Assembly: GCA_905178155.1 (NCBI GenBank)
Contig: CAJINV010000005.1
Coordinates: forward strand, 6,187,207 to 6,251,206
Length of the DNA stretch: 64,000 bases
Direction of reading: 5' to 3'
DNA from: Amoebophrya sp. A120
Taxonomy: Eukaryota; Protista; Dinoflagellata
Shown: positions 46,526 through 59,689 of the stretch, piece after piece
Numbering within the stretch: the stretch's first letter is position 1
How the letters are laid out: every line of letters starts with the position of its first letter
Notes under the pieces: model-generated
The model's input: only the letters and a program-made list of their open reading frames with translations
What the model was told of the DNA's origin: nothing
The model's database searches: none
Made by a program: the position numbers and the translations under genes

Positions 46526-48409
46526 CTATACCAGTTTCTCCTTCTCCTTTTCTTGGACAAAGGTCGTCGACGGACTCGCCGGCGGGGCGGGGACGACCGC
46601 GTCCTTTGCTCCCTCTTCGTCCTTGACGCCCTCGTTCACCGGGTGTGAAATGAAACTATGTTGTCTGGGTCTGGAGCATGCGAGATTTTCGTCAGTCCTC
46701 ATGCTTTGCTGAGTGACGGGAGTCAACAATCTGTCATGCAAGCTAAGAACGCGTAGGCGTACGCGGGCCACCTGTTTGTCATGTTGCGCAGATATTGAAT
46801 ACTTACTGTCGTGCAGCTCACGCAAGATGAACACGCAGTTGCTCAAAAACTTGTTATGCGCTGATCCCAAGGGGAGGCTTCTGCAGGTTTCTTCTACTTT
46901 TTCTTTTGCTTCTCATCAGAAGTACACCGGTATCAAAACCTCTTCGTTCCAGAGCGACACTACAGATTTGCATTGCATACCGGCGTCGTGGCGTCGCCTT
47001 GTTTTTCCGCCACCACCTGCTCCGGTTTCTTCTCGTCAACATCGGTAGAGGAAGGAATGGGGTCTCCAGCAGGGGAAGGGGCCGCAGCTCCACCTTCCGG
47101 CTTGGCCGCATCCAGTTTCTTCTCCACGAAAGCAGACGTGGAAGCAGCAGTAGTTTCCGCACCGTTGCCGTCCGCCTGCGGAAGGTCCTCTGTTGCCGAA
47201 TTCTTCTTTTTGTTTTTCCGAGCCGCAGCGCGCCGCTTCCTCCGGTTGGCCCGTTTGTTACTCCCGTCGGCATATCGAATGCAAAAGCATCGTACTAGAA
47301 CTAGTTGTATTACATCAGCTCAGCATGACAAATTAAATTTCTTATGCTGTTTCACCTTCGGAAAGAGATTTGTCATGCATAACAGCAATTACTAGGAATA
47401 GATACGAGACTTTTGCAGTTCATACGGCAGCACGACCAGGCGAGGACTTCTTGGACGAACGGCCGCGACGAGAAGGTCCATCTTCGCCGGGAATTGGCAA
47501 ATATCCTGTGTAAAAACGCCCCCACCTGAGAGTTGTCATGCAGATACGCAATGATAAAAACATTTGTGACCCGCATCAAACTGATACGCATTTGCGGTCG
47601 TGTTTTGGAATTTGTAATGGTGCTGTAAATAGGGTATGCAAACGCTTCTGTCATGCGGCTGTCCTTCTCCTTGCCAATGCCAACCTCCCTGCATTATAAA
47701 CACAGGGGGGAACTTGTGGTTGTGATGCGTGGTTTCCAAGACTTCTGGATTTGTGTTGCAGAGCTCCCAACATCTTGACGTATCATGGGGTGTGGACGTT
47801 TTTACTCAGGATAGCAAACCGGCTTGACGCATCTTCGCACGCTCGTAGGCCAGGGCCTCTGGATATGGATCGCAAATATGTCTGCTGGGGCTGGGTAAAG
47901 TTAAAGGCACGGGATTTGCGTTATTTGCCATGACAAAAGAAAACGGGTCCATCGCATATATGCATCACAAATCATTGTTGTCCTTCACATCTCGCATCAC
48001 AAATCCAGACCCCGACATGCTTGTAATGCATACCGGATCCGGTTCGTCGTCCTCCTCGAGGAACGCGTACTGGTCTTCGGTCGGAGTCTATCGCGAGAAA
48101 AAAGAACATTGCTAGTGTACTGACTTTGTCATGCGCAACATGGAAGAAGATGATTGCGTCTGTCATGCTGGGCATGCATGGTAGGGCCCATTGTTCAGTC
48201 GCGCAGCTTCCAGGTAGACGAGGTAGTACTATCTGCGCATGACAGGTTTTTTCGTTCACGCCACTAATGCTGTTCCCGCAAGTAGAACTACAAAGTTTAC
48301 ACCTACAAACTTCTTTTTCTCCGCATACAGTCGCGTTGACGAGTACGGGCGTGGCCAACAAGGAGGCGGCGGACCCGGTCACCCGCACAAAGCTTCTGGC
48401 GCGCGTCAT
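46526..48409 (-). CDS. Putative secreted acidic/basic low-complexity protein, paralog B; 5 introners; may continue past 46526 via a GT intron
   Basis: Spliced: MTRARSFVRVTGSAASLLATPVLVNATPTEDQYAFLEEDDEPDPEALAYERAKMRQAGLPIPG...SAFVEKK...TTFVQEKEKEKLV. Confidence 0.8.
46644..46979. mobile_element. Degenerate introner (B-like)
   Basis: DR ccggg/ccggc; DATT-PVNE in frame. Confidence 0.7.
47273..47424. mobile_element. Introner, TIR type A
   Basis: DR cggca/cggca. Confidence 0.88.
47502..47813. mobile_element. Introner, TIR type F
   Basis: DR gcaaa/gcaaa; QAGL-PIP. Confidence 0.92.
47864..48032. mobile_element. Introner, B-like (short)
   Basis: DR ctgga/ccgga. Confidence 0.85.
48089..48327. mobile_element. 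Introner, H-like
   Basis: tatcgcgagaaaaaagaa...ttctttttctccgcata; DR gagtc/cagtc; VNA-TPTE. Confidence 0.85.
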
Positions 48410-51400
48410 GGTCTTCGTGCTGGGGTTTGTTTCGCGGTGGAGTTTCTCTTGCGCTTCAGTGTTTGATGTGGCAGAACAAGCTTCAGGTTCTGACTTTCCT
48501 CGTACTAGATCGTTTGCTTCTCTACTTCTAGAGTTTTGCTCCCCTGCTCTTCTGTTTTTGGTGGTATGATCGACGGTAGTTCTTGCAGTGTAGTTTTTTT
48601 CCTTTGTTTCTTGTCTGCTCCTCCTGCACGATGATGTAGACTTGTTGTTGTTCTACACGAAGAGGACAAGCTCCTTTGCAGCCACCTTCTTAAAGTACGT
48701 CTATCTTCCGACGGTGCTGGTAGCAATGAAGTTGCTTTCGTTCTCCTCGAAATTGAAATTTTTGGTACGTGTTCGTTTTCTCCTCGTCAGCGTCTTCTTG
48801 ATGATGTTCTCCTCGAACAAACCTTGCTGTTAAAGACGCCGTTCTCGTTCTCCTCCAATGTTGTTCGTTTTAGTGAAGCTGTTCTTCTCCTCAAAAACTC
48901 TTCTATGATGATACAGCTGTCTCTCCTCCGAAGCTGTTGATGTATGAAAGTGGACAACCAGTACTCCATCTCAGCGCCGCTAATTTGGCATGCAAAAGAA
49001 GAAGATAAACCCCGAATGAGTGTAAGCTACTTTCGAGGACGACAAACGATGTATTTGTACCGAGTTCTTTCTTGCATGACAGTTTTCATCAAGAGCCCAA
49101 ACTGCATGGCAGTCCAGAAGGCTTGCTGGCCGTGGAGCCCTCGCTCTTCATGCAGAGACTTCTACATTTCAACTTTTCGCGCAGATGTGGCTTTTGCTTT
49201 TCATTTTTACGTTAAATTTTTCTCTAGGAAATTTTGACGCGGAGGAAAAGTTCGTTGTCCTCTCTCATAGGTTCTTTACAGTTCTTCTGCCTGTACTAGT
49301 ACTACTCTGATAGTAGTTTGGAAAATGGTAACTCAAATTGAAATTGAAATTCTTTGTTTTAGAGACGGATCTTGTTTTTGCAACCACTACCACTTGGGAT
49401 GGCAATGGATTAGGAAAGAATGTGACTCAGGAAGATTGATAATTCGAAAAATAAAAACTTGTTAATTTAGAAAAGCCACTATCACGGTGATTGGTTGTGA
49501 ATGTGATTCTGATTGATGACAGAGAAACAATGCTTTTTTTTAGTGAAGTCCCGATGATATTTTTGTTGTAAAATTTAATGTAAACAAAAAAGCCACTACC
49601 ACGGGGATGGACAGTGACCTGAGGAGAAAAATTCTTCTTCTTTCGGTTGATAGGAATTGTTCTTCGATCTTTTGATTTGGTGTGAGTGGGTTATCGTTGG
49701 TGAGTTGTAAAGCAAGAAGTAGTAAGTCGGTCAAACAGAAGCAAGTAAATATTTTTTTGAAAAAGAAAATTGAAAAGCACTTGGTAAAAATCTTGAAAGT
49801 TGGTTCTTTTTGTGGGAGTTGGTGGTGGAAAAAAGTTGGTGAGTTTTGCGGTTACGACTTCTGATGCAGAAACGCGAAGGAATCTTGCAAACAAAAGTTG
49901 TAGTTGCTCCTGGTGGTAGTCATGTTGGAATGTGGTCAAGAATAAAAATGACAGTGACAAACTGTCAGAAGATTGTCCAGTGCTTATAATAAAGAGCGCA
50001 TGGAAGATTCTCATCTTCCAGCAGTTCTATTTCATCTTTCTCACCACAACTGTACTACGTTGTTCCGAAACGTGGCGGACGAGGACAGATATGATTATGA
50101 ACGAACGACTCCAGTATGAATGAACGACTCCAGGCTGCACGACGAGCAGTATAACGTGTACGATCACGAGCAACAATGTTGTGCTGCTTCCGTGTACGAA
50201 AAACCACATGTAGAACGTAGAAGAACCGACGAGGATGGCGAACCCCGGGCACACAAAAACCGAGATTGATGACAATGAATTTCTTCACGATGCGCACGAC
50301 AACTAGCAAGCTAGAAAACACCAATAACCGAAGCTCCTGAATAAACAAACCGAAGCTCAAGCCAAGGCCACCAGCTACAATACCAAGAATTTCCATTACG
50401 ATGGTTGACAAAGCAACTACCGACGGACGACGGAATCTATTTTTATTTCCGTCCACGATGAAATGCTATATCGCAAGGTTGCAACTGCATCCTCAACCGA
50501 AAAAGTTCTTCAACAGAAGCGAGGTCCTCGACTAGACATTTTCCACATCGCGGTGAAAGTGAAACCAAAGAGACCGAACGACTCAGACTCACAAGGACTT
50601 GATCACGACATAAAGGGAAAACATCCGGAACTACTCAGAAACAGAAGCTAAGGCCTCCTGCGCACAACGGCCGCGACGCTAGCAGGGTTTGAATTTTTGA
50701 TTTTATCTTTTTTTGTGAAAATAATGTAAGATTAAGAATCCGGAAGTATATGATAACTCTCGTTTTCCTTTTGTTTCGTGCCAAAGGGATGATTGCGTGC
50801 AGCAGTATGCGTTCTACAAAGCAGGAGCCTGTGAGTTCGTCATAGTCAAAACTACCGTCTTTTACAACGACAACTCAGGTTGGACCGACATTAAGATGTC
50901 ACATCTCACGGTCGTGAAAGAGCTGGCTATAGCAATCCTGGTAAACTAGCTTCTGCTTCTCACGAAACTTTGCTACGTATTATAGGCGTTTTTGCTTGCC
51001 TTCGCTGCAACAGCAATATGATCGCAATGGATCTTTTAAACATTCAAGATGAAGTTTAACAATACACATGCAAGGATCAATTCGAAAGCAGTGCTGGGTC
51101 CTTTGCTCGATTGTTAAATCTGTTTACCATTTGAGTAAAAATCATGAGGTACTCAAATTGAGACTCGGTATAGTTGACACTGATTGAAATTCAAATACGA
51201 AGAGCCTTTGACGAATTTTTTTGAGTTGAGATTGATAGATAGTACAAGTATGTAAAATTTGAAATTGAATTTACAGAAGAAAAGTTACAGAAATCTTCGA
51301 TACTAGTCAAGCTGGAAGAAAGTCTATCGTTGGGGGCGACAGACTACTCCTTAAAGTACTGATATTCCTCAAGAAGATGCTCCTGCTTCTGAGACTGCTC

Positions 51401-53418
51401 CTTAGAATGCTTTTAAGCTGTAGTGTACTCCTCAAAGTCTAGTACGTAAAGACTCCGTGGAATACTGCTCCTCAGACCACTACTCCTATAGAGAAATATT
51501 CCTTTAGAATATTGCTTTTCCTTAGCAGAATAGTGTGCATAGTAAAAGAATTCCATTTGGAACTAACTCCTTGATGGAGACTGGTCTTCGGAAAGAACTA
51601 CTCCTCGATAGAATCTGTATCGACAAGAAAAATCCCCCCCTCTCCACACATTGAAAGCGACTTGGACCTGCTGCTCGAATCCTGCAGTCATGCCAGACGC
51701 CAGAACGGGGACTGTTCGTGTCCTGCACCAGAGCGCTTTGCGTGTTCAATACCATCATCATGATTGACTTTGACACTCGTAGTACACAGCGCTAAGGCGA
51801 AGGAGCACGCCCCCTGGTCGTTGTCCTTGTGCAGGCTAGCATGACCAATCACTACTCAATCGTTTAATATGCCTCATGAGTCGTGGTCCTCGCGCCCAGT
51901 AGTTTCTTTGAATGCAAGCGCCTTATTGTGTAAACAAATCGAGCAACTGAAGTGCTATGTGGGGACGAGTAGGGGCGATTTTTCTGCACGATATTAATAC
52001 TCCTCAAACCACTTCTACACAGCTTGGACTTATTGGAAAATCATGCTCATGGAGGAGCGTGTCGCGTTTTATTGGGCGAGTTTATTATATGTAGTGGGGT
52101 TAGAACAAATGCCGATAGGGATTTTATGCCAAAGAAAAGAAAAGTGAATAGTTGTCTGCAATGAATAAAACAAGTTCACTCTGAATTTGGAAGAAATCAA
52201 GATATGGTGAGTCATACGGTCGAGATTGTAAACTGTAAAATCGCAAACAAAATTGAGTAGTTGTAAGAGCCGAAAATAAAAGAACAAAAAACTAACCGCT
52301 GGAGGTGTGCATGGTGTTGTGCGGTTCTCCTCCAGGGTCTTTTTTATTTTTTGCAGCCGACCTATTCTATCTCCATAGCGTTGTAATCGTAAATCTCCTC
52401 CATTACGCTTACGTATACGTGGTCGACTAGGTCCTGCATAAATTGTGCGTCGAGCAAGTCGAGATGACTTGTCTCCGCTGCGTGTCGCCGTCGCGCAAGC
52501 GACTTAATAATTTGTGGTCCTCGAACAAGGACCAACTTGTTCTGCTCGCCTCAGCTTCTGTTTCTGACATACTCTGTTCTTCTACTTAGGGAAACAGAAA
52601 ACACGACAGTTACAGGCGCCTCTTCTTGTAGTTCGTGAGCGAATTACAGTCATGACCTTGGTGGCGAGCGCTCCTGCTCCATAAGAATTTGAATATAGGA
52701 ATAGAGTGACTGCGCTGCTGGTCGTACCTCTGGTGCCTGCAACAACTTACGAAACAAGCTGGAGTGTGCATTCAGAGGACGCGCGCTCCTTACCCTTGTT
52801 ATATGCGCTGACTAAGCACTAAGGCTGTCAGCAGCGACGATCGCTGACGCGGTGCAGACCTCTAGTACATCCTTGTTATTCATCATTTTTGTCCGGTCAT
52901 GATGTAACGCGCAACGAGTTGCCTTCAAATACACAGACTCCACTTACTAGCACCCCGCGGACAGGGTGCAAGAAAGCAAACCTGTCGGGATGCCGATGGA
53001 AGGGGGAGCTGCTGCTCCAATAAATGCCGACTGCTAGCTTGCCCGGCTTTCTTTGGGTTAGTTTAGGTGAAGGTTAAATAGAATTAGAATGTGCAACTGG
53101 AGGGTGGTCGAAAATAAATCTAAATCTCCTCTGATGTTCTATTAATTTTGCAAAAACGTGAAAAGAAAACGGCGTTGCTGCACTGCACCGTCTCTGTTTC
53201 CTTCACTTGGGGCACAGCGTGGAAGAGATTGATACAATGTGGATGATGTCATGACTTCGTAGAAAAAACTTTTCTTTAGAGGACTGGGAGGTAGCCATAC
53301 TGATTCGGATATAAACCACTCGCACCACATGGGCACCGCATCTTTCAATTTCTTGTATATCATGTATAAAGGCACACTCGATTTCTTACTTATGTATCCT
53401 TCGGACTCAAGCACCCGA

Positions 53419-56400
53419 TCATGCATTGATGCCCGCGCCCAATGGCGATGCTGCCCCAGTGCCATCGTTGTGTTCAGCATGATCACCAAAAGCATTGTCG
53501 TCCGGCTCCGGAAGGGGAGCAATAGAATCGCGCAGATGGGCACGCGCACGGGCACCAGTAGCAGCAGGAACAATAGAATTGCTCGCCTTCCGTGCATGAT
53601 TCGTGTCCCCGCCTTGAATACCCATTTTGTCTTCCAAATGTTTGATTGCCATGTTTAAGGCCGTAGTAGCGGATTCAAAGTAGGTTCTAGGGTCCTGCAA
53701 GATTCTGCGGCTTTCCTGTTCGCCTCCCCTGGCCTTTTGCTCATCTTCAACCAAATGCACATGATTGTTGTGGAGTTCAGTAAGCTTGCCCATTAGCATT
53801 GCCTCTTTATCGCGAACAGTGTCGGACACCACAAGGTTACTGCCATCTATCGCACTCTGTACTCTGTGAAACAGGTTTTCGTCGATCTCGAGTTCATCGC
53901 CTTGTTTCTTATTCTCCTTTTGGTGGTTTGGGACCGGAAGTGCGTTGGCATCTTTATCCAACTGACTGCCGACCTGCTTAAGAAAAGCCAAAACGCTCTG
54001 CAAGCTGTCTGTCGCTTTGACGGAAGCTGCCGTTGCCTCGTTGTGTATTTCCTTGTGTTCTGCTGCAATTTTTTCTTCAGTGCGCTGCTCTGCGTCGTCC
54101 AACAGCTTCAACCTCTCTTCCAGCTGTTGCAGCATGGGACGGACGGCACGGTCACCCACGGCTGTCATTCTTTCGTTTGCTTGCTCCTCCGAAGCTTTCT
54201 CGTTTTGTTCCCCGGTGACCTGCGCTTGCATCCTTGCTGTTAACGCCGCAATACTCCCAAGTTCTCTCTCTTTTTGAGTTTGTTGTTGTGCGGCGTTGAG
54301 CTCCGTGTCGACGTTGATGCCCTCCTGCTGAGGCACACCAGTACCGCGACTCATGTCCATGGAACCTTGGGTTACATCAAGCAAGGAGCGGGGAACCGTT
54401 TCCACTGCTTGAGCACTCTCGTTCTCCCCAGTCGCCCCTTCGATTTTCTGCCACCCGCCGGAGCCCCCGGAGGTGACCGGGGGTTTGCCGATCGCCGACA
54501 CGTCAGGGGTTTTCTTGGGCATCATTTTTTCGGCGTCCGCAGTTTCCGGCGTGTCCTTCTTCTCCAAAAACGCAGGCGCAGCAGCGGCCGTGGCCGGAAC
54601 AGCTTCTTTTTCAGCCGTCTTTTCGGCCTCGGTTGGTTTCTGTCCACCATCAGAATTGGCCGATTTCATCTTCGTCGCGTCTTCTTTCGCCGGCGGTGTG
54701 TCCTGCTTTTCCAGGAAGGCGGTCGAGGAAGAAGCCGCTTCCTTCCCCGGCACAGCGTTCGCCGCGGGCGGGTCGGCGGTGGCGGCAGGCACGTCGGCTT
54801 TGGGGGCCGTGGCAGACGGTTCTTCCGCCTTCTTCTCCACAAAAGCAGAAGACGACGAGGCGGGTTCTTGTTGCGCAGCGGGAGCGGGACCAGCAGCTTA
54901 ATATGAAGAAGAGAAGTAGTAGTTCTACTACGAAACAGATGAAATTTCTCACGCATCTATACATCAAAACAGAATCATGCGGGTCGGCAGACGTGCACGT
55001 GAAGGTGGACCTGCAACTGCAAATGCAAGACACTTGTGATGATGTGTTTTTCTGTCCATATTTTCCTGTGTGTGAGAAATGTCCTTTTCGTGGCACTACA
55101 TCGATTTTCTCTCTGTGATACGGCCTGACCAGCACCCACGTCCCCCTCGCCAGCGTCGGTCTTCTTGTTCTTGCGCCCCGACCTGCAATTATGGGTGGAT
55201 CATCATGTGTATCTTCCTCGTACAGGTAATAAGTAATCCAGTCACGCGGCTTAGTTTGTTTTTCCGGTGCAGGAACCACACACATGACATCGGTGAAGTA
55301 CGGCGGTAGTGGTCAGCTCAGCGTACAAAGGGTCGCACACGCATGACAAATTGAAGACTTTTAGACTTACTTTCACAAGATAAATGGTTGACCCGTACGA
55401 AGATGACAGGTGCTTCATTCTAGCAGCCTGGGACATGGCTTTTGGTGCAGTTGCAGTTCTAGAAATACGCATATTCTCTGAAACCTTGCATAGAAATTGA
55501 ATTAGAATTTGCAGTACTTGTTCCTCCGGTTCTTGCGACGATTTTATCCAACACGAAAAGGCTAGCCGTGTGGTATTGGTAGTTTTTGTCATGCAGCAAT
55601 TATTTTCGTCTTCAATGTTAATTTATCACTTTTAGCGTCGTATTGGTCGATAGAAAATAGACCTCTCGTCCTGTATCTACCTCACGAAGATAAAATCCTC
55701 ATGCTTCAGCCTTTCTTGCTCTTTCTCTTTGTCCATCTTTTTCTCCTACACATTACATAATCAATGTTCCGTGCCTAGCCCACCTATTTCACCGCCTGCA
55801 GCGTCTCCTGCGGCTCCCCATGATAGGTCTTTTTTCTATTTGTATTTCTATTCTTGCTGTGCTGCCTCGGGTTCGTCTTTCTTCATGCACGACAAATAAA
55901 CCACACGGCTTGCCAAAGTGCAAGTTGACGATACAATTTTAGTTCCATAACCGTCCGCCCTTGTAGCCTTTCGACCCCGTGCGACCGGTTCCCGTCGCCA
56001 CGCCGGGCACCTTGAAGTATGCATAGGAAAACGGCCATCGCTACTTCGAAGATCTGTGCGGTCTACGCATCTTGCTATCTCTTGCTTCGGTCACCAGCGA
56101 AGCATGACGAATTCAAATTCTTCCGCTATAGTTCTTGTACATTCACAACAAGACGATGATCGAGGTACTTGTGCTTTTTTGTATATTCCTTGCACACAAC
56201 GTCGAGAACCAAGGACTGTACTGCAACTGCCACAAAATCTCAACATGCTCATCGATTCTGCTTCCGTTTTCATGAACTGATCGCGGTTTTTTTTGTCGTA
56301 TTCCCTGCAAGAAGACAGTGATGCTTGTCCGTATTGGTATGCTAGAAAGCCAGAGTAACGCGATAGCCGTTTTCCCTTGGATAGCAAGCCCGCCTGCTTC

Positions 56401-57135
56401 ATCTTGGCGCGTTCGAAGGCCAAGGTAGGTATGGAAGTGCAATAAAACTACTACAACTACATCGAAGAGCACGGCGGCGTCCCAGAACAGGTGGATAGTA
56501 CATGTCTTTTTGTGTTCTATGGCCCGCACAACATGGAGACTCTTCAGAGAGACGCTATGCAAGCTGCTTTATATATAATTCCAGCACACGCTAATATACA
56601 AGCTGCTTTATTCCAGCACATGTTTACCAGTAAGTACATCAACACCTGCTCCTCTCGGGGAAAATGAAAATGTGTAAGTAGTTTTTCATCATTTGCATAG
56701 CATCCTCGTCCACCTCGTCGTGGTACTCCTCCAGGAACGCGTACTTGTCTTTTATGCAACACAAATTAGCTGTCTGGCTCTGGATGATTTAGATTTTCCG
56801 TAATTTCTTGCAATTTCTGATGCGCAGATTAGCTACGAAAAATTACTTTGGCATGCAAAAAGCGATGAAAAAAATCATGCCAAAGCCAACTTCATTTCCC
56901 ACCCATAGCTTCCGTCGGCGTGGCCTCCACGAGCACCGGCGTCGCCAACAGGGACACCGCGGATTATGAAAGTGTAGATCACCTCGTGCCCCTCGTTTCA
57001 TCGCTGATTTGTATTTCTTTTCATGCAGAACAACAATCAAATTCAAAACGCAAGAAATTGAAATTCCACTACAATTCGCCGTGGTCGTTGATCCATATCG
57101 GATCCGATCCCGCTTGGGAATTTTGATTTTCGCAT
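53419..57135 (-). CDS. Putative secreted protein, paralog A (Ala/Pro/Glu-rich repeats followed by coiled coil)
   Basis: Spliced N-terminus MRKSKFPSGIGSAVSLLATPVLVEATPTEDKYAFLEEYHDEVDEDALAFERAKMKQAGL matches paralog B. Large last exon ~54896-53419 follows a pyrimidine tract and AG. Exons at 54900-55950 unresolved, so the join is inferred. Confidence 0.75.
56018..56383. mobile_element. Introner, TIR type N
   Basis: tatgcataggaaaacggccatcgc...gcgatagccgttttcccttggata; DR tgaag/gcaag. Confidence 0.8.
56430..56699. mobile_element. Highly degenerate introner
   Basis: TAT..ATA ends, DR only 2/5; removal gives DEDALAF, matching paralog PEALAY. Confidence 0.6.
56753..56907. mobile_element. Highly degenerate introner
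   Basis: TAT..ATA, DR tcttt/gcttc; removal gives PTEDKY (paralog PTEDQY). Confidence 0.65.
56965..57098. mobile_element. Highly degenerate introner
   Basis: DR cggat/cggat; joins GIGS-AVSLL. Confidence 0.65.
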
Positions 57136-59689
57136 GAGAGCTTCCAAATTATACTGGCTCTGATTCATAGAATGTTTAAAATGCCGTAGTACCAAATGAG
57201 CGAAATCCCGAGGGAGATGAGACGATCTGTAACAATTTCGTAGGGACCCGGCCACACTCACAAAGCTTTTCGGGCGGGGCATGATCGATCGTTGTGGTCG
57301 GTTGTTCTTGAAGTCCCAGAAGTTCTTCAAGATGATTCGCTAGTTGTAGCTAGTTCCTCCAGTCGAAATTGTTTTTGCAGCAGCTTCGTTCCTTCGTTCG
57401 AGTTCGTTTCCGTTTTTTCCTTCTCCTCTTTCGCGCCAGCGGTTTTCGTCTCCCGCTCTGTTGTTTGTTAGTACCTGAAAGTGTGATGAATACTCGTCCG
57501 TTTCTGTTTTTGTTTGATTCATTTATTGGATAATGCAATTCCAATGTCTTTTTATAGATAATGATAAATTTGGTGATGCGAACCAAAGCAGCTTCCGAGA
57601 GTTCTGTACTAGAGGTGCTATTAACTGGTACCTTGTTCTTCGCAGTTTCTCCTCGTGTAGACGTTGAGTCGTGCCAGTTACAGACCTTGTCGGCTTGTTT
57701 TCCGCACTCCTCGCAGTAGTTAATTCCGGTTTTTTGGTTTTTTGTTCTCCTCGTTTGTTGGCTCCTCCGAGAAGATTTTGATTTAGTGTAGTGGTGGTTT
57801 TTTGAGTTTCGCTTTGATGTTTTCGTCTCGATGATACAGTTCCTCACCTCAAGTTGAATGTACCAAAAGTAGCAGATATCGCAAGAAAACACTGCCCCAC
57901 TGCGAGTAGACTATGAAAATGCAGAACCTGCTGCAACACACAGCTGGTGCAACAAAACATACAACTTCTTGACCTCTGACCGGAAATGCAAGTGCTTAAC
58001 AGCACGCATAGCAGAATGTTGTTCCTCTGTCCTCATGCTCAGTATGCACGAAATCGAACTAGTGATGCGGAGATTGCAGTTCTTCCTGCAGAATCAACGT
58101 CACAGTGAAGCAGTTTTCTCATTCCGATAAATACTTAGTTGTGGGTTTGCAACTTGTAATATCCTTTTGGGAAGAAATTACAAGTGCAGCAAGTAGTATA
58201 TGTAAAATTGGGTAAATGAGTAAAAAAGTGGGTACAGGACTACAGCTCCTTCGTAGAACTTGCACCAATTGAGTAAAAGCAAAGTCGTGACTCTACTTTA
58301 AAAAGCTTTCGCTTCTCCTTTGGTTTTGAACAAAAGTTGTGGGTTCTTTAGCCGTTGTGGGGAACGACTTAATTTTTTCTCCGCAGTTTGTTTGAAAATG
58401 CAAATGGTGTTAGTTGTGAGGAACAAAGTTCTTCGCAGTGGTAAGTACTTCTTCTAGCACGTTTTTTTTAGCAGTTGGGGGAAAGTTGGAAGTTAGTGAT
58501 CGTGGTGTTAGCGGTTCGTGAAGCAAAAATTAATTTGCACACAAGTTGCTCCTGATATGGTGGTTGTGGAAGGTAGAGTGGAATAAAAAATGTGCATTTG
58601 CCGAGTTCTTCTTATCCACGTCGCTTTGGCTCACTTACTTCTCTACGAGTACGACGGCGCGCGTGAATTAGAACGTTAGCTGTGGGGAGTACTAACTCCA
58701 TCTAAAAGAACGTCCAAGTGACGAAGGCCGGCGGTCGTCTTTCGTCGGTGGTTGTGGACGAAGCAAATGGGTGGACGAGAAGTACAGATACTTTTCTTCT
58801 TTGCACGAAGTTGTAGACGAGCACAGATAGTTTTCTTGGCAGAACCGAAGACCACTACACGCATCAATTCTTCGAAACACCGAGAAGAAAGTCTTTCCAG
58901 AGAAGAACGAAGAGGTTCAACACCGTTTGTGTTCGCAATCGCAGCACGTCGACGTCTCCACGAATCAGATGGACTGACTGCGACTGGCGCATGCAAATAA
59001 ATCAAAGACCGATGATGATGAAAGAAAGCAGAAGCTGCAGAAGGACTTAAGCCGAGAAGTAAGGTAACGGTTTTGTTTTTCAAAACGATTGGATTACCAG
59101 ATCACACCGAGGATTGTTCCGCTTCACAAACGAGGAAAGTGGACTACTTTCTCTTTCTTCATACTGTCTGGTATTCGCTACCATCTTTGAACCTCACGCA
59201 CAGCAGCCGAAAGTATGTACGAAAAATTTTCATCGTGATGTGCCGAAAGAAGAAAAAGAAAGCTTAAGCTTTATCAAACCGAAGTACTCCTACACATTGT
59301 GTGGAGGTTCTCCACACGAAATAAAACCGAAGCGCTGGCGCAGCCATGAACACTATGGAGATTTTTGTCATTGCACTTCATTTCTGAAAGAAGGAGGAGT
59401 GCGAAGTAGTAAATCAGCTGCGCCTGAGAGGACTGTCCGCGACAACTCGTGTGCCTTGCATGGGATGACCTTGTCTCTACCACCAGGACGAGGGGTGAGC
59501 TTTTGCTTCATTTTAGCAGTTTTTTTACACACTGTTCTTCATCTATTGCTCTGGAAAAGGAAAAAATCGTGCTATTCATATTTTCGCCTTGGAAAGAATA
59601 TCAGCCCTTGCTATTTTCGCATTTGCTGGTCCTGATGCTGAACCAGAATCACCGTGGTGGTGGTCGTGTTGATCATCCTCTTCATCGTC

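Noticed and set aside
51340-51520. Loose act(a/g)ctcct repeats
   Set aside because: Degenerate low-complexity sequence with no clear period.
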